The notes: generated by a model not told the origin, from the sequence alone. Shown: positions 27,882 to 37,456, numbered from the stretch's first letter. The stretch is DNA of 46,953 nucleotides from an uncultured Anaerolineaceae bacterium (GCA_964448245.1 CAYUWF010000003.1:6214-53166); one strand, 5' to 3'. Made by a program: numbers and translations.

Positions 27882-28625
27882 TCAGTGCTGCAGGATCTGT
27901 GAGAGGAAGAGCTTGGTCCGTTCTTCCTTCGGGTTGGTGAAAAGCTCCTGCGGGGTGGCCCGCTCGACGATCTTCCCCTCGTCCAAGAAGATCAACTCGT
28001 CGGCGGCCGCCCGCACGAATCCCATCTCGTGCGACACCACCAGCATCGTCATGCCTTCGCCGGCCAGGGCCAGCATGACGTCCAGCACTTCCTTGATCAT
28101 CTCTGGGTCGAGGGCGCTCGTCGGCTCGTCGAAGAGCATGATCTTAGGATTCATGGCGAGCGAGCGGGCAATGGCGACGCGTTGCTGCTGGCCGCCCGAG
28201 AGCTGTCCCGGATAGACGTCGGCCTTCTCGGGGATCCCGACGTGCTCGAGCTGCTGGCGGGCAATGCCTTCCGCCTCTTGGCGCGAGCGCCGGCGCACGA
28301 CCCGCTGCGCCAGGGTCACGTTCTCGAGCGCGGTCAGATGCGGGAAGAGATTGAAGAGTTGGAAAACCAGTCCAATCTCTGCGCGGACGGCATTCAACTG
28401 GCGCTGGTCGGTGGTCAGCCGCTTGCCCTCAACCCACACCTCGCCGCTGGTGGGCGCCTCGAGGTAGTTGATGCAGCGCAACAGGGTCGACTTGCCGGAG
28501 CCGCTCGGGCCGATGATGACCACCACTTTGCCGCGGCCCACCTCCAGGCTGACACCGTTGAGGGCTTCGACCTTGCCGAAGCGCTTGAAGAGATCCTTGA
28601 CAACGATGATGGCCTCGTCATTCAT
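27882..28625 (-). CDS. Polar amino acid ABC transporter, ATP-binding protein
   Basis: GPSGSGKST (Walker A), [13 protein letters not shown] (signature), [11 protein letters not shown] (Walker B), VVSHEM. Confidence 0.92.
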   Translation of the reverse strand: MNDEAIIVVKDLFKRFGKVEALNGVSLEVGRGKVVVIIGPSGSGKSTLLRCINYLEAPTSGEVWVEGKRLTTDQRQLNAVRAEIGLVFQLFNLFPHLTALENVTLAQRVVRRRSRQEAEGIARQQLEHVGIPEKADVYPGQLSGGQQQRVAIARSLAMNPKIMLFDEPTSALDPEMIKEVLDVMLALAGEGMTMLVVSHEMGFVRAAADELIFLDEGKIVERATPQELFTNPKEERTKLFLSQILQH

Positions 28626-29496
28626 GCCGGCGCAGACGCCTCTCGTAGGCGGCGACCGCCATCGATAGGGCCACGGTTATCGTCAGATAGAGAACGGCCA
28701 GCGTCATGTAGGCCTCCGGGAACCGGAACGTGCTGCCGGCGTACAAGCGGGCGATCTGGGTCATGTCGCGGACGGCCAGCACGGAGACCAGCGACGAGTC
28801 CTTGACCATCGAGACGAAGTCATTGCCGAGGGCGGGCAGCACGTTGCGGATGGCCTGTGGCAGGATGATGTGGCGCATCGCCTGGCCGTACCTCATGCCG
28901 AGCGAGCGGGCAGCCTCCATCTGTCCCCGCCCGATGGACTGGATGCCGGCTCGAAAGACTTCCGCTAAAAACGCGCCGTAGGTTACAGCGAGAGCGATGA
29001 TGGCGCGCGCAAGCATCGGTACGGCGTCGTTCTCAATCCCGCTGACCAGGCTGCCGAGGCCGGATAGCCCGATCGAGGAGAACCATTCGCCGAGGGCGTG
29101 CAGCAGATCGATCCCTACCGGCACCCCTACAAACGCGATGAAAAAAATCAGCACCAGCATCGGGATGCCCCGTACCACCTCGATGTACATCCTGGCCACA
29201 TTGTGGATCACGACGTTGTGGGACATGCGCCCCAGGCCGGCGATCAGCCCGAGGACGATCGCCAGCACATAGGCGATGATCGAGGTCACCAGGGTTGTGG
29301 CGATGCCCACCTTGATCCACTGGAAAGCCTCGTTGAAGTTCGGGGTGGTGAGGATGCCGACCCAGGCCCACAGGATGACCACGACGATCCCGATAAACCA
29401 CCACGGAAGATCGACAAGGCGGCGACCGACCGATTCTTGGGCGCGCTTGGGCTTCGGTGCAGCCTCGACGAAAGACGTGGATGTGTGTTCTGCCAT
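28618..29496 (-). CDS. Polar amino acid ABC transporter permease
   Basis: 292 aa, multiple TM segments. EAA-like loop [22 protein letters not shown]. 8-nt overlap with the ATPase gene. Confidence 0.88.
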   Translation of the reverse strand: MAEHTSTSFVEAAPKPKRAQESVGRRLVDLPWWFIGIVVVILWAWVGILTTPNFNEAFQWIKVGIATTLVTSIIAYVLAIVLGLIAGLGRMSHNVVIHNVARMYIEVVRGIPMLVLIFFIAFVGVPVGIDLLHALGEWFSSIGLSGLGSLVSGIENDAVPMLARAIIALAVTYGAFLAEVFRAGIQSIGRGQMEAARSLGMRYGQAMRHIILPQAIRNVLPALGNDFVSMVKDSSLVSVLAVRDMTQIARLYAGSTFRFPEAYMTLAVLYLTITVALSMAVAAYERRLRRHE

Positions 29497-29609
29497 TATT
29501 CAACCGCGGGCGTGCGACAGGCCGGTGCCCTCGGGGGTCCCCCCGTCGAGCACCGGCCCGCCAACGGGCTCGCCGACCGGGCGAGCCGGAGCGAATCAGA
29601 CAGCCTGCC

Positions 29610-30440
29610 TTAGCCCAGGTCGTCGTAAGTGATCGTAAACGAAGGCCCGAAGAACCTCAGGTTGACGTCGGCCATGAAGCCGCTGTCGACCATCGCCTGC
29701 ATGGCCGCGTTGACGGCCGCCACCAGATCGCTGCCCTTGGGGAAGATGAAGCCGAGCTGATCGCTCGAGAGCGACGGGCCGACTAGCTTGAGAGCGTCGG
29801 CGTTCTCACCCAGATAGCCAAGTCCGGCAGTTTCGTCGATGATCACAGCATCGACATCACCCGCGATCACCGCCTGCACCGCGAACGGGAACTGTTCGAA
29901 GGCGGAGATGCGTTCCTCGGGCAAGAATTTCGCCGCCGTCTCGTAGTTGGTTGTGCCCGTCTGCGTTCCGATCTTCAGGCTCTCATCGGCGACGATGTCC
30001 TCGATGCTATCGATGCGGGTCTCATCGAGACGCACCAGGAGGCGTTGATCGATATTGATGTAACCGTCGGAGAAGTCGACGATCTCCGCCCGGTCCTCGG
30101 TGATCGTGATTCCGTCCGCCGCGGCGTCGAACTGTCCGTCGGAAACAGCCTGGATCATGCCCTCCCAGGCTGCCTCGGTGAAGACCGGCTGGCAGTTGAG
30201 CAGCCGGCAGATCTCGTTCCAGACCTCATAGTCCCAGCCGCTGGGCGCTCCCGTGGCGGGGTCGAGATAGTTGAAGGGCAGGTAGGCGTTCTCGACCGCC
30301 ACCGTGACCTCTCGGCCGCCTAGATCCGGCATGCCTGCAACTGCACCGCCGCTGGGTGGTTCCGTGGCCGCCGTCTGCGAGGTGCAGGCAGCGAGGGCCA
30401 AGGTCAGCAGGACCAGCAGGTAGAGCATTTGCTTCTTCAT
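29610..30440 (-). CDS. Amino acid ABC transporter substrate-binding lipoprotein
   Basis: ATG at 30440 with GGAGGAGAG upstream. MKKQMLYLLVLLTLALAAC lipobox. FDAAADGITIT, type 3 SBP-like. The ORF extension to 30632 is rejected. Confidence 0.85.
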   Translation of the reverse strand: MKKQMLYLLVLLTLALAACTSQTAATEPPSGGAVAGMPDLGGREVTVAVENAYLPFNYLDPATGAPSGWDYEVWNEICRLLNCQPVFTEAAWEGMIQAVSDGQFDAAADGITITEDRAEIVDFSDGYINIDQRLLVRLDETRIDSIEDIVADESLKIGTQTGTTNYETAAKFLPEERISAFEQFPFAVQAVIAGDVDAVIIDETAGLGYLGENADALKLVGPSLSSDQLGFIFPKGSDLVAAVNAAMQAMVDSGFMADVNLRFFGPSFTITYDDLG

Positions 30441-30591
30441 CTCTCTCCTCCAGATTGGATGCGGTTTCTCCCGAAGTCCTCTCGGGGTGGCGTTGCGCGC
30501 AGGGGAAGGGCGCGTTCTCATCCGGGCGGCCACGTGACACCTTAGATTAATAACCTGACTCCCGCAGGAACGCAAGCAGAAGGCGACGCAA

Positions 30592-31335
30592 TCAACCGTC
30601 CGGATCGGCCGCCGAGCCCGACGGCAGCCCAACGTGGATGCGCTGGCTCTCGAAGGGCAGGTAGGGACCGATCATCGTCAGAACCTGCTGGGCGGGCAGG
30701 CTGAGGGAGGCGTGGGCCGGCAATAGGTCCAGCAGGAGCTGCAGATCCGTCCCGGGCTGCACGGCTCCGGCGCGCTCGGCGAGCGCCTGCAACAGGCGGG
30801 TCTGGGCGAGCAGGGCCGCGGACGGGTCGTCCCGCAGCAGCGCCAGGACGTTCAAGGCCGCCGCACCATCGACCGTCGACTCACCGGCCGGGACGCCGCC
30901 CAGGAAGTCGATCAGGGCGGCGAAGCCCTCGGCGTCGACGACGACGACGGCGTCGAGCGGAAGCGTGGTCAGGGAGGCCAGGGCCTGCGCCGAGTCGGAC
31001 CCGGAGGCGTAGGCCTCCCGCACCGTTGCCCCGTCCGGGAGCGTTTGGTTCGTCGGGAAGCCGAAGAGGAAGAGCTCCTTACCCGGCGGTCGAAAGGAGG
31101 CCAGCCAGACCGCGAGCAGTTCGCTCGAGCCGGGGTCGAGGGAGTCCACGCCCAGGATCAGGATGGTGACTTGGGGGGTCCCGACGGAGGCCCCGGTGGG
31201 CGTGACGCGGGCGGTTGGCGTGTGAAAGAGATTCGACGATGACGAACGCGGGCGCAGAAGCGCCGTCGCCACGCCCAGCGCGAAGAAGCCGACGGCGGCG
31301 GCGATAAGGATAGTGCGGAAAGAGATCGATCGCAT
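30592..31335 (-). CDS. LytR/CpsA/Psr (LCP)-family protein (short form)
   Basis: N-terminal TM segment (ILIAAAVGFFALGVATALL), then ILILGVDS...LLAVWLASF...LPLDAVVVVDAEGFAALIDFLGGV. Confidence 0.55.
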   Translation of the reverse strand: MRSISFRTILIAAAVGFFALGVATALLRPRSSSSNLFHTPTARVTPTGASVGTPQVTILILGVDSLDPGSSELLAVWLASFRPPGKELFLFGFPTNQTLPDGATVREAYASGSDSAQALASLTTLPLDAVVVVDAEGFAALIDFLGGVPAGESTVDGAAALNVLALLRDDPSAALLAQTRLLQALAERAGAVQPGTDLQLLLDLLPAHASLSLPAQQVLTMIGPYLPFESQRIHVGLPSGSAADPDG

Positions 31336-31480
31336 GAGACGCCGAGGGTGTAGACGCGTCGGCGGGCGGATTGTACTCCGAGCCGCGGGCGCACCATCAA
31401 TCCATGATCTCTGTCATATCGGACGACCAAGCGGCCAGCCTGTTGGAATCAGCGGCCTTGTTGTTTAGGCTTGCGGACGC

Positions 31481-31705
31481 CCCACCCCCTACCCCCTCCC
31501 CGATGACCACGGATACCCAGATGTAGGCGCAGACGGGGAGGGGGATAGTAATCTCAAGGGGACGGGGGCGGCGGAGCCGCCCCCGTCCCCTTGAATGACT
31601 CCCTCCCCCTGACTCTCACCCTGGCCTACGGACTCCTGATGATGCAGGGGGCCCTCCGCTGCGCTACGGGGTGCTGCGCGAAGGGCAGGATGGAGGTGGG
31701 AGGGC
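31481..31705 (+). repeat. Composite C-rich/G-rich palindromic repeat, locus A (downstream of the ftsZ block)
   Basis: CCCACCCCCTACCCCCTCCCC (31481-31501), GGGGAGGGGGA (31535-31545), a perfect 18-bp hairpin TCAAGGGGACGGGGGCGG-cggag-CCGCCCCCGTCCCCTTGA (31554-31594), CCCTCCCCC (31601-), GGAGGTGGGAGGG (31693-31705). Same layout as 34591-34775. Confidence 0.6.
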
Positions 31706-31724
31706 CCCAGTGAGGGCTAGATTG

Positions 31725-31919
31725 TCAGAATCCGCGGAGAAGGGCCTCTGCGGCGGCGTGACCCAGAATGAAGGCCGCCACCGCCAGCATGCCGACGGGG
31801 ATGGCGCGCATCGTCCGGGGATGGTGCACCGCGAATCCGGTGACGGCGGCGGCCATGCGCCAAAAGGCGCCTTGCATTCGGGCCCGAGTCGAGCACCATA
31901 CCCTTCGCACGGCTGTCAT
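31725..31919 (-). CDS. Possible small membrane protein (64 aa)
   Basis: The ATG overlaps the upstream stop as ATGA. Hydrophobic C-terminal segment AIPVGMLAVAAFILGHAAA. The first half looks weakly coding. Confidence 0.35.
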   Translation of the reverse strand: MTAVRRVWCSTRARMQGAFWRMAAAVTGFAVHHPRTMRAIPVGMLAVAAFILGHAAAEALLRGF

Positions 31920-32146
31920 CTCGAAGTGCTGATGCGCACGATGCGGCCGCGCTCGTCGGCCACGACGCGCACGATGCGCGTCAGACTCTTGCCGCCGGGG
32001 AGCGACGCCTTGCCCTTGTAGGTGAGCAGGACCAGCGCCCAGTCGTTTCCCCCGGGTTGCGGGCGCACCGTCGGCGCGACGCCGTCCATCTCGGGGAACG
32101 TCCGCAATACTTGGCGTGTGACTTTCTCGATCGTCCCCTTCTCCAT
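31916..32146 (-). CDS. Small hypothetical protein (76 aa) immediately downstream of ftsZ
   Basis: The ATG lies 1 nt after the ftsZ stop. Balanced, protein-like composition (MEKGTIEKVTRQVLRTFPEMDG...RIVRVVADERGRIVRISTSR). Confidence 0.55.
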   Translation of the reverse strand: MEKGTIEKVTRQVLRTFPEMDGVAPTVRPQPGGNDWALVLLTYKGKASLPGGKSLTRIVRVVADERGRIVRISTSR

Positions 32147-32147
32147 C

Positions 32148-33263
32148 TCAGCCTCCGCTACTCCGCAGGAAGCTCCGACGACGCAGGAACGCCGGCAGGT
32201 CGAGGTTCTGCTCGGCCTGCGGCGCGGTGTGCACGACCGAGACGTCTTCGGCTTCGGGCGCCGGTACCGTCTCGACCGCCTGGCCGCCGATGCCGGTGAC
32301 GATCAGGATCGCCTGGGCGCGCCCGGTCATGCCCGGTTCGGTCGTGGCGCCGAAAATCAGGTCGACGTCCGGCGAGAACGACTGACGCAGGTCCTCCACG
32401 GCCTCGCCGATGTCGAACAGAGTGAGATCGTCTCCGCCGGTGAAGTGGACCAAGACGCCGCTGGCCTGTTCCAGGCTGTCGACCTCCAGCAGCGGATGGC
32501 GCAGCGCCTGGCGGATGGCGGTGTGGGCCATGCGATGGCCTTCGCCGATGCCGATCGCCATCAGCGCCCCGCCGCCGTGCTGCATCAGCTCGCGCACGTG
32601 GGCGAAGTCGACATTGATCAGCCCGGCGCGGGTGATCAGCTCCGAGATCCCCTGGACGCCCTGGCGCAGGACGTCGTCCGCCAGACGGAAGGCGACCTCC
32701 AAGCTGAGCTCGCGGGGAACGATCTTCAACAGACGGTCGTTGGGCACGGTGATCAGAGTGTGGGTATGAGGTTGCAGGAGACGGATGCCCTCGGCGGCAT
32801 TGCGCATGCGCCGGGTCATTTCGAAGCCGAAGGGCATCGTGACGATGGCGATGACCACGGCGCCGATCTCGCGGGCGATCTCGGCTGCCACCGCGGCGGC
32901 GCCGGTGCCTGTTCCACCGCCCATCCCGGCGGTGATGAAGACCATGTCGGCGCCGGAGAGGGCGTGCGCCAGCTCGCGGCTGCTTTCCATGGCGGCGGCG
33001 GCGCCGATCTTCGGATCCCCGCCGGCCCCCAGGCCGCGCGTCACGCGCGGGCCGAGCTGAATTCGCACCGGCGCCAGCGACGAAGACAGCGCCTGGGCGT
33101 CAGTGTTGGCGGCGATGAAGTCGACCCCATCCAGCCCGAGCTCGATCATGCGGTTGATGGCGTTCTGTCCGCCGCCGCCGAGGCCGATGATCTTCACCAT
33201 GGCCATTCCTACCGGGGCCGCCGTTGGCGCGGCCATCGTTTGTAGCATCACGTTGTCGCTCAT
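32148..33263 (-). CDS. ftsZ: Cell division GTPase FtsZ
   Basis: IGLGGGGQNAINRM, ANTDAQAL, GAGGDP, FITAGMGGGTGTGAAAV. C-terminal tail LDLPAFLRRR. Preferred ATG at 33263 (GAGGAG RBS); the ORF runs to 33311. Confidence 0.93.
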   Translation of the reverse strand: MSDNVMLQTMAAPTAAPVGMAMVKIIGLGGGGQNAINRMIELGLDGVDFIAANTDAQALSSSLAPVRIQLGPRVTRGLGAGGDPKIGAAAAMESSRELAHALSGADMVFITAGMGGGTGTGAAAVAAEIAREIGAVVIAIVTMPFGFEMTRRMRNAAEGIRLLQPHTHTLITVPNDRLLKIVPRELSLEVAFRLADDVLRQGVQGISELITRAGLINVDFAHVRELMQHGGGALMAIGIGEGHRMAHTAIRQALRHPLLEVDSLEQASGVLVHFTGGDDLTLFDIGEAVEDLRQSFSPDVDLIFGATTEPGMTGRAQAILIVTGIGGQAVETVPAPEAEDVSVVHTAPQAEQNLDLPAFLRRRSFLRSSGG

Positions 33264-33273
33264 GCTGGTCTCC

Positions 33274-34497
33274 TCAGGCCCTGGCGGCCGCGGCGAAAGT
33301 GTCCGGGTCAAGCCATTCGACGCGGCAGCCGTCTCGTTCCAGGTGGGCCGTCATCTGTTCATCGATCGATCCGATCGTGCCAAGGACCGTGACGCGTTCG
33401 GCCAACCTGGCCTCGGCCGGCGAGCAACCGACGGCGCCCGGAGTTCGCAAGGCGACCTGGCCGGCGAGCGCCCACAGCATCGGGTCGGCGCTGCCAGGCG
33501 GCAGGAGAATGTAGTGTGCCAGCGACTTGGGGCGCTGCCTCTTGGCCGCCGCCAGCAGCGCGCCACGCACCATGTCGACATCGCGCTTCGGTTGATCGGG
33601 CGCGCTGTACCACGCGGCGTAGGCTTCAGAAGAGGTGGGCGAGGCGGTCAGCAGGAAGAAGGCGAAGGCCTGCAGCGTGGCCGGGGCGTCCGGCCCCATC
33701 AGCCACCGCGCCACACCGGCGTTCTGTTCGAAAGACGAGGCGTCGTCGGTCGTGGTGCGAGCCGGCAGCGCTCCGCCGCCGATCACGTACACAGGGAGCG
33801 CCTTCCCGATAGCGGTCTGCCCGATGGCGGTGTACCACTCGGGGAGGCGGAGGCCGCGCTGATCTTGAGAACCCTCGGGCGTGTGATACGGCCGACTCTC
33901 GGGCCACGCCTGCGGGCCGCCGGCGCCCCAGTCGAGGGCGCGCCCATAGGTCCAGGTGTACGCGCCGAGGGCCAGGCGATCCAGCAGCGACTCCTGCCCG
34001 CGGCGGGCAAGACCGCGCAACGTCCCCTCGAGGAAGGCCGTGTCCCAGTAGTCGCCTCCGGGCTCGAGCGGCGAGACCATCGGCACCATCCCCAGTTCGG
34101 CCTGGAGATTCCAGAGCGGGAGGGCGCGGTCGATGAAGCGTTCGACGATGCCGACGCGGCTCCACTCGGACGACTCCCAACTGGAGCGCAGGTTGGGCTT
34201 GTCGAAAAGGACCACGTGGCGCACGCCCCAGGCGGCGTAGGCCCGCAGCAGGGGTTCGACGTCGGACGGATTCAGCCGGCCGACCGGCGCCGGCAGGTGG
34301 ACGATCGGCTCGATGCCCTCGTCCAGGAGGCCGCGCAGGAAGTCCTCCGGGACGGAGCGCGAGGTCGAGGCCCGCAGGACGAGCCAGGCGGCGCCGAAGG
34401 AGCGCAGCACCGGGAGCCACGCTGCAAGATCCGCCGGACCGTAGTGGCGGTCGTCAGGGTAGTACTGGAACCCGAGACGGGAAACAGATGGGAGCAT
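33274..34497 (-). CDS. Hypothetical protein (407 aa) directly upstream of ftsZ, possibly TIM-barrel/glycoside-hydrolase-like
   Basis: The ATG at 34497 (MLPSVSRLGFQYYPDD...) avoids the repeat region. Ends 10 nt before the ftsZ start. The fold guess is weak. Confidence 0.6.
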   Translation of the reverse strand: MLPSVSRLGFQYYPDDRHYGPADLAAWLPVLRSFGAAWLVLRASTSRSVPEDFLRGLLDEGIEPIVHLPAPVGRLNPSDVEPLLRAYAAWGVRHVVLFDKPNLRSSWESSEWSRVGIVERFIDRALPLWNLQAELGMVPMVSPLEPGGDYWDTAFLEGTLRGLARRGQESLLDRLALGAYTWTYGRALDWGAGGPQAWPESRPYHTPEGSQDQRGLRLPEWYTAIGQTAIGKALPVYVIGGGALPARTTTDDASSFEQNAGVARWLMGPDAPATLQAFAFFLLTASPTSSEAYAAWYSAPDQPKRDVDMVRGALLAAAKRQRPKSLAHYILLPPGSADPMLWALAGQVALRTPGAVGCSPAEARLAERVTVLGTIGSIDEQMTAHLERDGCRVEWLDPDTFAAAARA

Positions 34498-34590
34498 GGG
34501 TGCCGTAGGGGCTCTTGTTGCAAGGAGCGTGCCGAGAGTGGCCGACCTGGCCCTGGAGCGGGTGGCCTCCATTCGGGCCCTGTCCAGACC

Positions 34591-34775
34591 CCCACCCCTT
34601 ACCCCTCCCCCGGTCCCGGGCTCCATGAATGGTCTGCTGGCTGCCGGGGGAGGGGAGAAATCCTCGAGAAAGGGGGAGAGCGGAGCTCTCCCCTTTCTCG
34701 AAAACCCTCCTCCTCTCCGCTTCTCGACCTGGATGGGTCCAAAGCTGGAGAGGAGAGGGGGTAGGGGAGGACGGG
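34591..34775 (+). repeat. Composite C-rich/G-rich palindromic repeat, locus B (upstream of the ftsZ block)
   Basis: CCCACCCCTTACCCCTCCCC (34591-34610), GGGGGAGGGGAG (34646-34657), hairpin CGAGAAAGGGGGAGAG-cgga-GCTCTCCCCTTTCTCG (34665-34700, one bulge), CCCTCCTCCTCTCC (34706-), GGAGAGGAGAGGGGGTAGGGGAGG (34747-34770). Confidence 0.6.
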
Positions 34776-34798
34776 ATCCGCCTCAGCGATGAAGATCT

Positions 34799-37456
34799 CT
34801 AGCGGGAAACGGCAAGCTTCAGGACCTTTCCGGTCGAATCCAGCGTCAGGCGGGCGAAGTGGACGTGCTTGCGGCCGCCATCGGAGATGTGCTTCGTGAG
34901 CGTCACGACCACGGTCTGCTGAGTCTCGGCCGGTGCGGACTTCATCCCGAGCTGGGAGCAAGGACACAGGTGGTCGCGACCGTCGCAGCCGCAATGTTGC
35001 GAGTGGACCTTGGCGTTGGCATCCGCCAGGCCGGGAAGGTACTGCGCCACGATCGTCTTGACCCGGTCGAGGGTCTCAGGTTGCAGATCGTCCGCCGGGA
35101 TGTTGGCAGCCCCCAGAGCACAGGCGATCTTCATGTCCTTCGGTCGGCGGCTGGGGCGGGCAGGCGCCTTGGGCGCCGTGCCGCGCGGCAGCGGCTGAGC
35201 GACGTAGAGCGGATCGCCGTACAGGACGAAGGAGATTAGCGTCTTCTGGTCCTCGCCGTCGAGGTAACCCTGGCGGCGGTGCATTTCCGCCACCAGGCTG
35301 AGCTTCGCCCGGCGTAGAGCCTCGCCCACGGGCAAGCCCAGATTGAGCTGGTCCCAGAAGTAGCGACCGAGGAGGTCGGCGGCGATCAGCGGCGGGGTGA
35401 CCGACCCGTAAGAGATCTCGGTCGAACCGACGACGGCGTGCGAGCCCGAGGCGAGGAACTTCAGCGCGAGGGCGTCGTCGGCGGTGCGCTTGACGACGTG
35501 CGCGCCGTAGCAGGCTTCGCTGAAGACGACCTTCGGCGCGCGTCCACCGTTGACGATATCCTGCGGCCGCAGGGCGACCGGGAACTCGGTGTCGGCTTCT
35601 TTGTCGCGCAGCGGATCGCGGTGACCGAACCACTCCGGCGCGTCCTCGACGCCGTGCAGGTTGTAGTAGGAGAGAGTGCTCGGCCGGACGGCCTGCGCCG
35701 GAAGAGCCCCGGCCTGGGTCGGCGGCGAGGTCAGCATGGCCTGCGGGTCGCCGATGGCGCGGAAGACGGCCATCGACGCCTTGCGCCAGATGCTGGCCGA
35801 GTAGCCGAGGGCGCGCGGCCGAGAGCCGAAGAAGCGACTGAAGCGGCGGCGTAGCCAGCCCCGCAATCGCTCGACGGGATTCGCCGGCCGATTGGCGAAA
35901 GCGTGGCCGACGGCGGCCTCGCGCAGGATGCGGACGAGCACGTCGGCGTCGTCCTCGCAGGGCAGGCGGCCCACGGGCCACTCGGGCGCCAGGTAGTTCT
36001 CGTCCGAGGTGCTGTAGGGGTTGTCGGAGGCGACGGACTCGTCGTCATCATCGGTGGGGTTGGGCAGGTGGTGGAACGGGATGATGCCGTCGCCGCCGAC
36101 GATCAAGAGCGCCCCGATCATCTCCCCGCGGCGGGCCAGGGCGCGGTCCAGATCCGTCAGCCGCAGCTTCACCTGCCAGGCATTGCCCGGGTCGACGGGC
36201 GTCATGCGGAAAGCCTTGAGGGTCGTCGGGTCGTCGGGGTAGAAGACGTAGGACGACCAACCCGGGCGGCTGCGCATGGCGTCGGCCAGAGCGCGCACCG
36301 CCTCGTCGATGCGCGCGAAGCGGTCCTGGCCGAAGACCTGGGCCAGGCGCGTGCGGCTGCTCAGGACGATGTAGGCCGGCTGGCGCCGGTCGACATCGGT
36401 GGTGGCTTCGGGCGCGCGCAGACGTACCGCCAGGCGATCGAAGTCGGCGCGGATGCGCTCGATCTCCGGAGACTCGCGAGGATCCTTGTCCCCATTGTCT
36501 GGCCCGCGGAAAGACTCCCAGGGCTCGGGCTCGGGAGCCGGCCCGTCCGAGGCCCCCAGGACGGCGGCCGCGACGGCCGGGCCAAGGTCAACCGGCGCTG
36601 CGGAAGGCCGCGTCACCTCGGCACCGATCGCGGTCGCCCCCACGCCCGCCTCGGCGGCGGCGGACCTCGAGGCGGCGCCCGATCCACCCAGCCGGTTGTC
36701 GCCCAGGATGGCGGCGACTTCGGCCGGGACGGGGCGGGAGATGTCGGCGGTGAGCTTCTCACTCCACAGAGACCGGTAGGCGTGGTCGCTTCCGAGCATC
36801 TTCAAGGCGACGCGCCCGGTCGGATCGTTGGACGCGGCGCGGTGGAGATACTCCACGGCGCGGGCATGCTCACCGCGGCGCAGCAGGTCGTCGGCCAGGG
36901 TCAGAGAGAAGGCGACGCACTCGGGCCACCGGTCGTGCGCGGCGCGTGCCGTGGCGACGGCGGCGGCGTTGTCGCCCGAGGCTTGCAGCGAGCGCATCAG
37001 GACCAGGGCGGGGAGGGGGATATCCGGGTCGGACTGCAGCGCTTCCTTGGCCTCTTCGACCGCCGCCTTGGCTTTGCCGGCTTCCAGATGCGCCTGGGCG
37101 ACCATTAGATGTCGGGACCACGAAGGAGCCCCGTCATCGCCGGCCTGCTTGCGCAGCGCGCGGCTGCTGGTGCTGGCCAGGCTGGCGCGCAGCGGATCGC
37201 CGGCGGCCCGGGCGGCTACGGCCAACAGGTCGTAGGCCTCGATAAACTCCGGATCGGCGGCGATGATCTGGCGCAGACGGCGTGAGGCCGAACCGGCATC
37301 GCCCTGCTCGACCTCGACCTGGGCCATCAGGAACTGGACCTCCAGGTCGTTCGGCCAGCGCGCCAGCCAATCGGCGGCCAGCGATCGGGCGTAGTCCAGC
37401 CGGCCGGCGGCGCGGGCCGCCTGCAGCAAACGGAAGAGCGAAGCGCGATCGATCAT
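34799..37456 (-). CDS. TPR domain + clan CD cysteine peptidase (gingipain C25 / CHAT-like) protein, no signal peptide
   Basis: 885 aa. N-terminal ~230 aa are TPR-like. Ala/Gly/Pro linker. C25-like LLIVGGDGIIPFHH...SDNPYS...PEWPVGRLP. Candidate dyad His601 (YYNLHGVEDAPEWFG) and Cys648 (VVFSEACYGA). Ends ...FVLYGDPLY. Cys-rich tail HCGCDGRDHLCPC. The start overlaps the upstream stop as ATGA. Confidence 0.8.
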   Translation of the reverse strand: MIDRASLFRLLQAARAAGRLDYARSLAADWLARWPNDLEVQFLMAQVEVEQGDAGSASRRLRQIIAADPEFIEAYDLLAVAARAAGDPLRASLASTSSRALRKQAGDDGAPSWSRHLMVAQAHLEAGKAKAAVEEAKEALQSDPDIPLPALVLMRSLQASGDNAAAVATARAAHDRWPECVAFSLTLADDLLRRGEHARAVEYLHRAASNDPTGRVALKMLGSDHAYRSLWSEKLTADISRPVPAEVAAILGDNRLGGSGAASRSAAAEAGVGATAIGAEVTRPSAAPVDLGPAVAAAVLGASDGPAPEPEPWESFRGPDNGDKDPRESPEIERIRADFDRLAVRLRAPEATTDVDRRQPAYIVLSSRTRLAQVFGQDRFARIDEAVRALADAMRSRPGWSSYVFYPDDPTTLKAFRMTPVDPGNAWQVKLRLTDLDRALARRGEMIGALLIVGGDGIIPFHHLPNPTDDDDESVASDNPYSTSDENYLAPEWPVGRLPCEDDADVLVRILREAAVGHAFANRPANPVERLRGWLRRRFSRFFGSRPRALGYSASIWRKASMAVFRAIGDPQAMLTSPPTQAGALPAQAVRPSTLSYYNLHGVEDAPEWFGHRDPLRDKEADTEFPVALRPQDIVNGGRAPKVVFSEACYGAHVVKRTADDALALKFLASGSHAVVGSTEISYGSVTPPLIAADLLGRYFWDQLNLGLPVGEALRRAKLSLVAEMHRRQGYLDGEDQKTLISFVLYGDPLYVAQPLPRGTAPKAPARPSRRPKDMKIACALGAANIPADDLQPETLDRVKTIVAQYLPGLADANAKVHSQHCGCDGRDHLCPCSQLGMKSAPAETQQTVVVTLTKHISDGGRKHVHFARLTLDSTGKVLKLAVSR

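Noticed and set aside
30441-30591. Possible riboswitch or leader in the ~150-nt region upstream of the ABC transporter substrate-binding gene
   Set aside because: Some local stems exist (e.g. CCCGA-gaggact-TCGGG), but I could not match any known riboswitch consensus. The evidence is insufficient.
31441-31720. CRISPR array or small-protein genes in the G/C-rich repeat regions (also 34560-34798)
   Set aside because: There is no regular repeat-spacer periodicity, only nested palindromes. The ORFs there (e.g. 31671..32021, 34496..34792, 34599..34994) are low-complexity Gly/Pro/Glu translations of the repeats.
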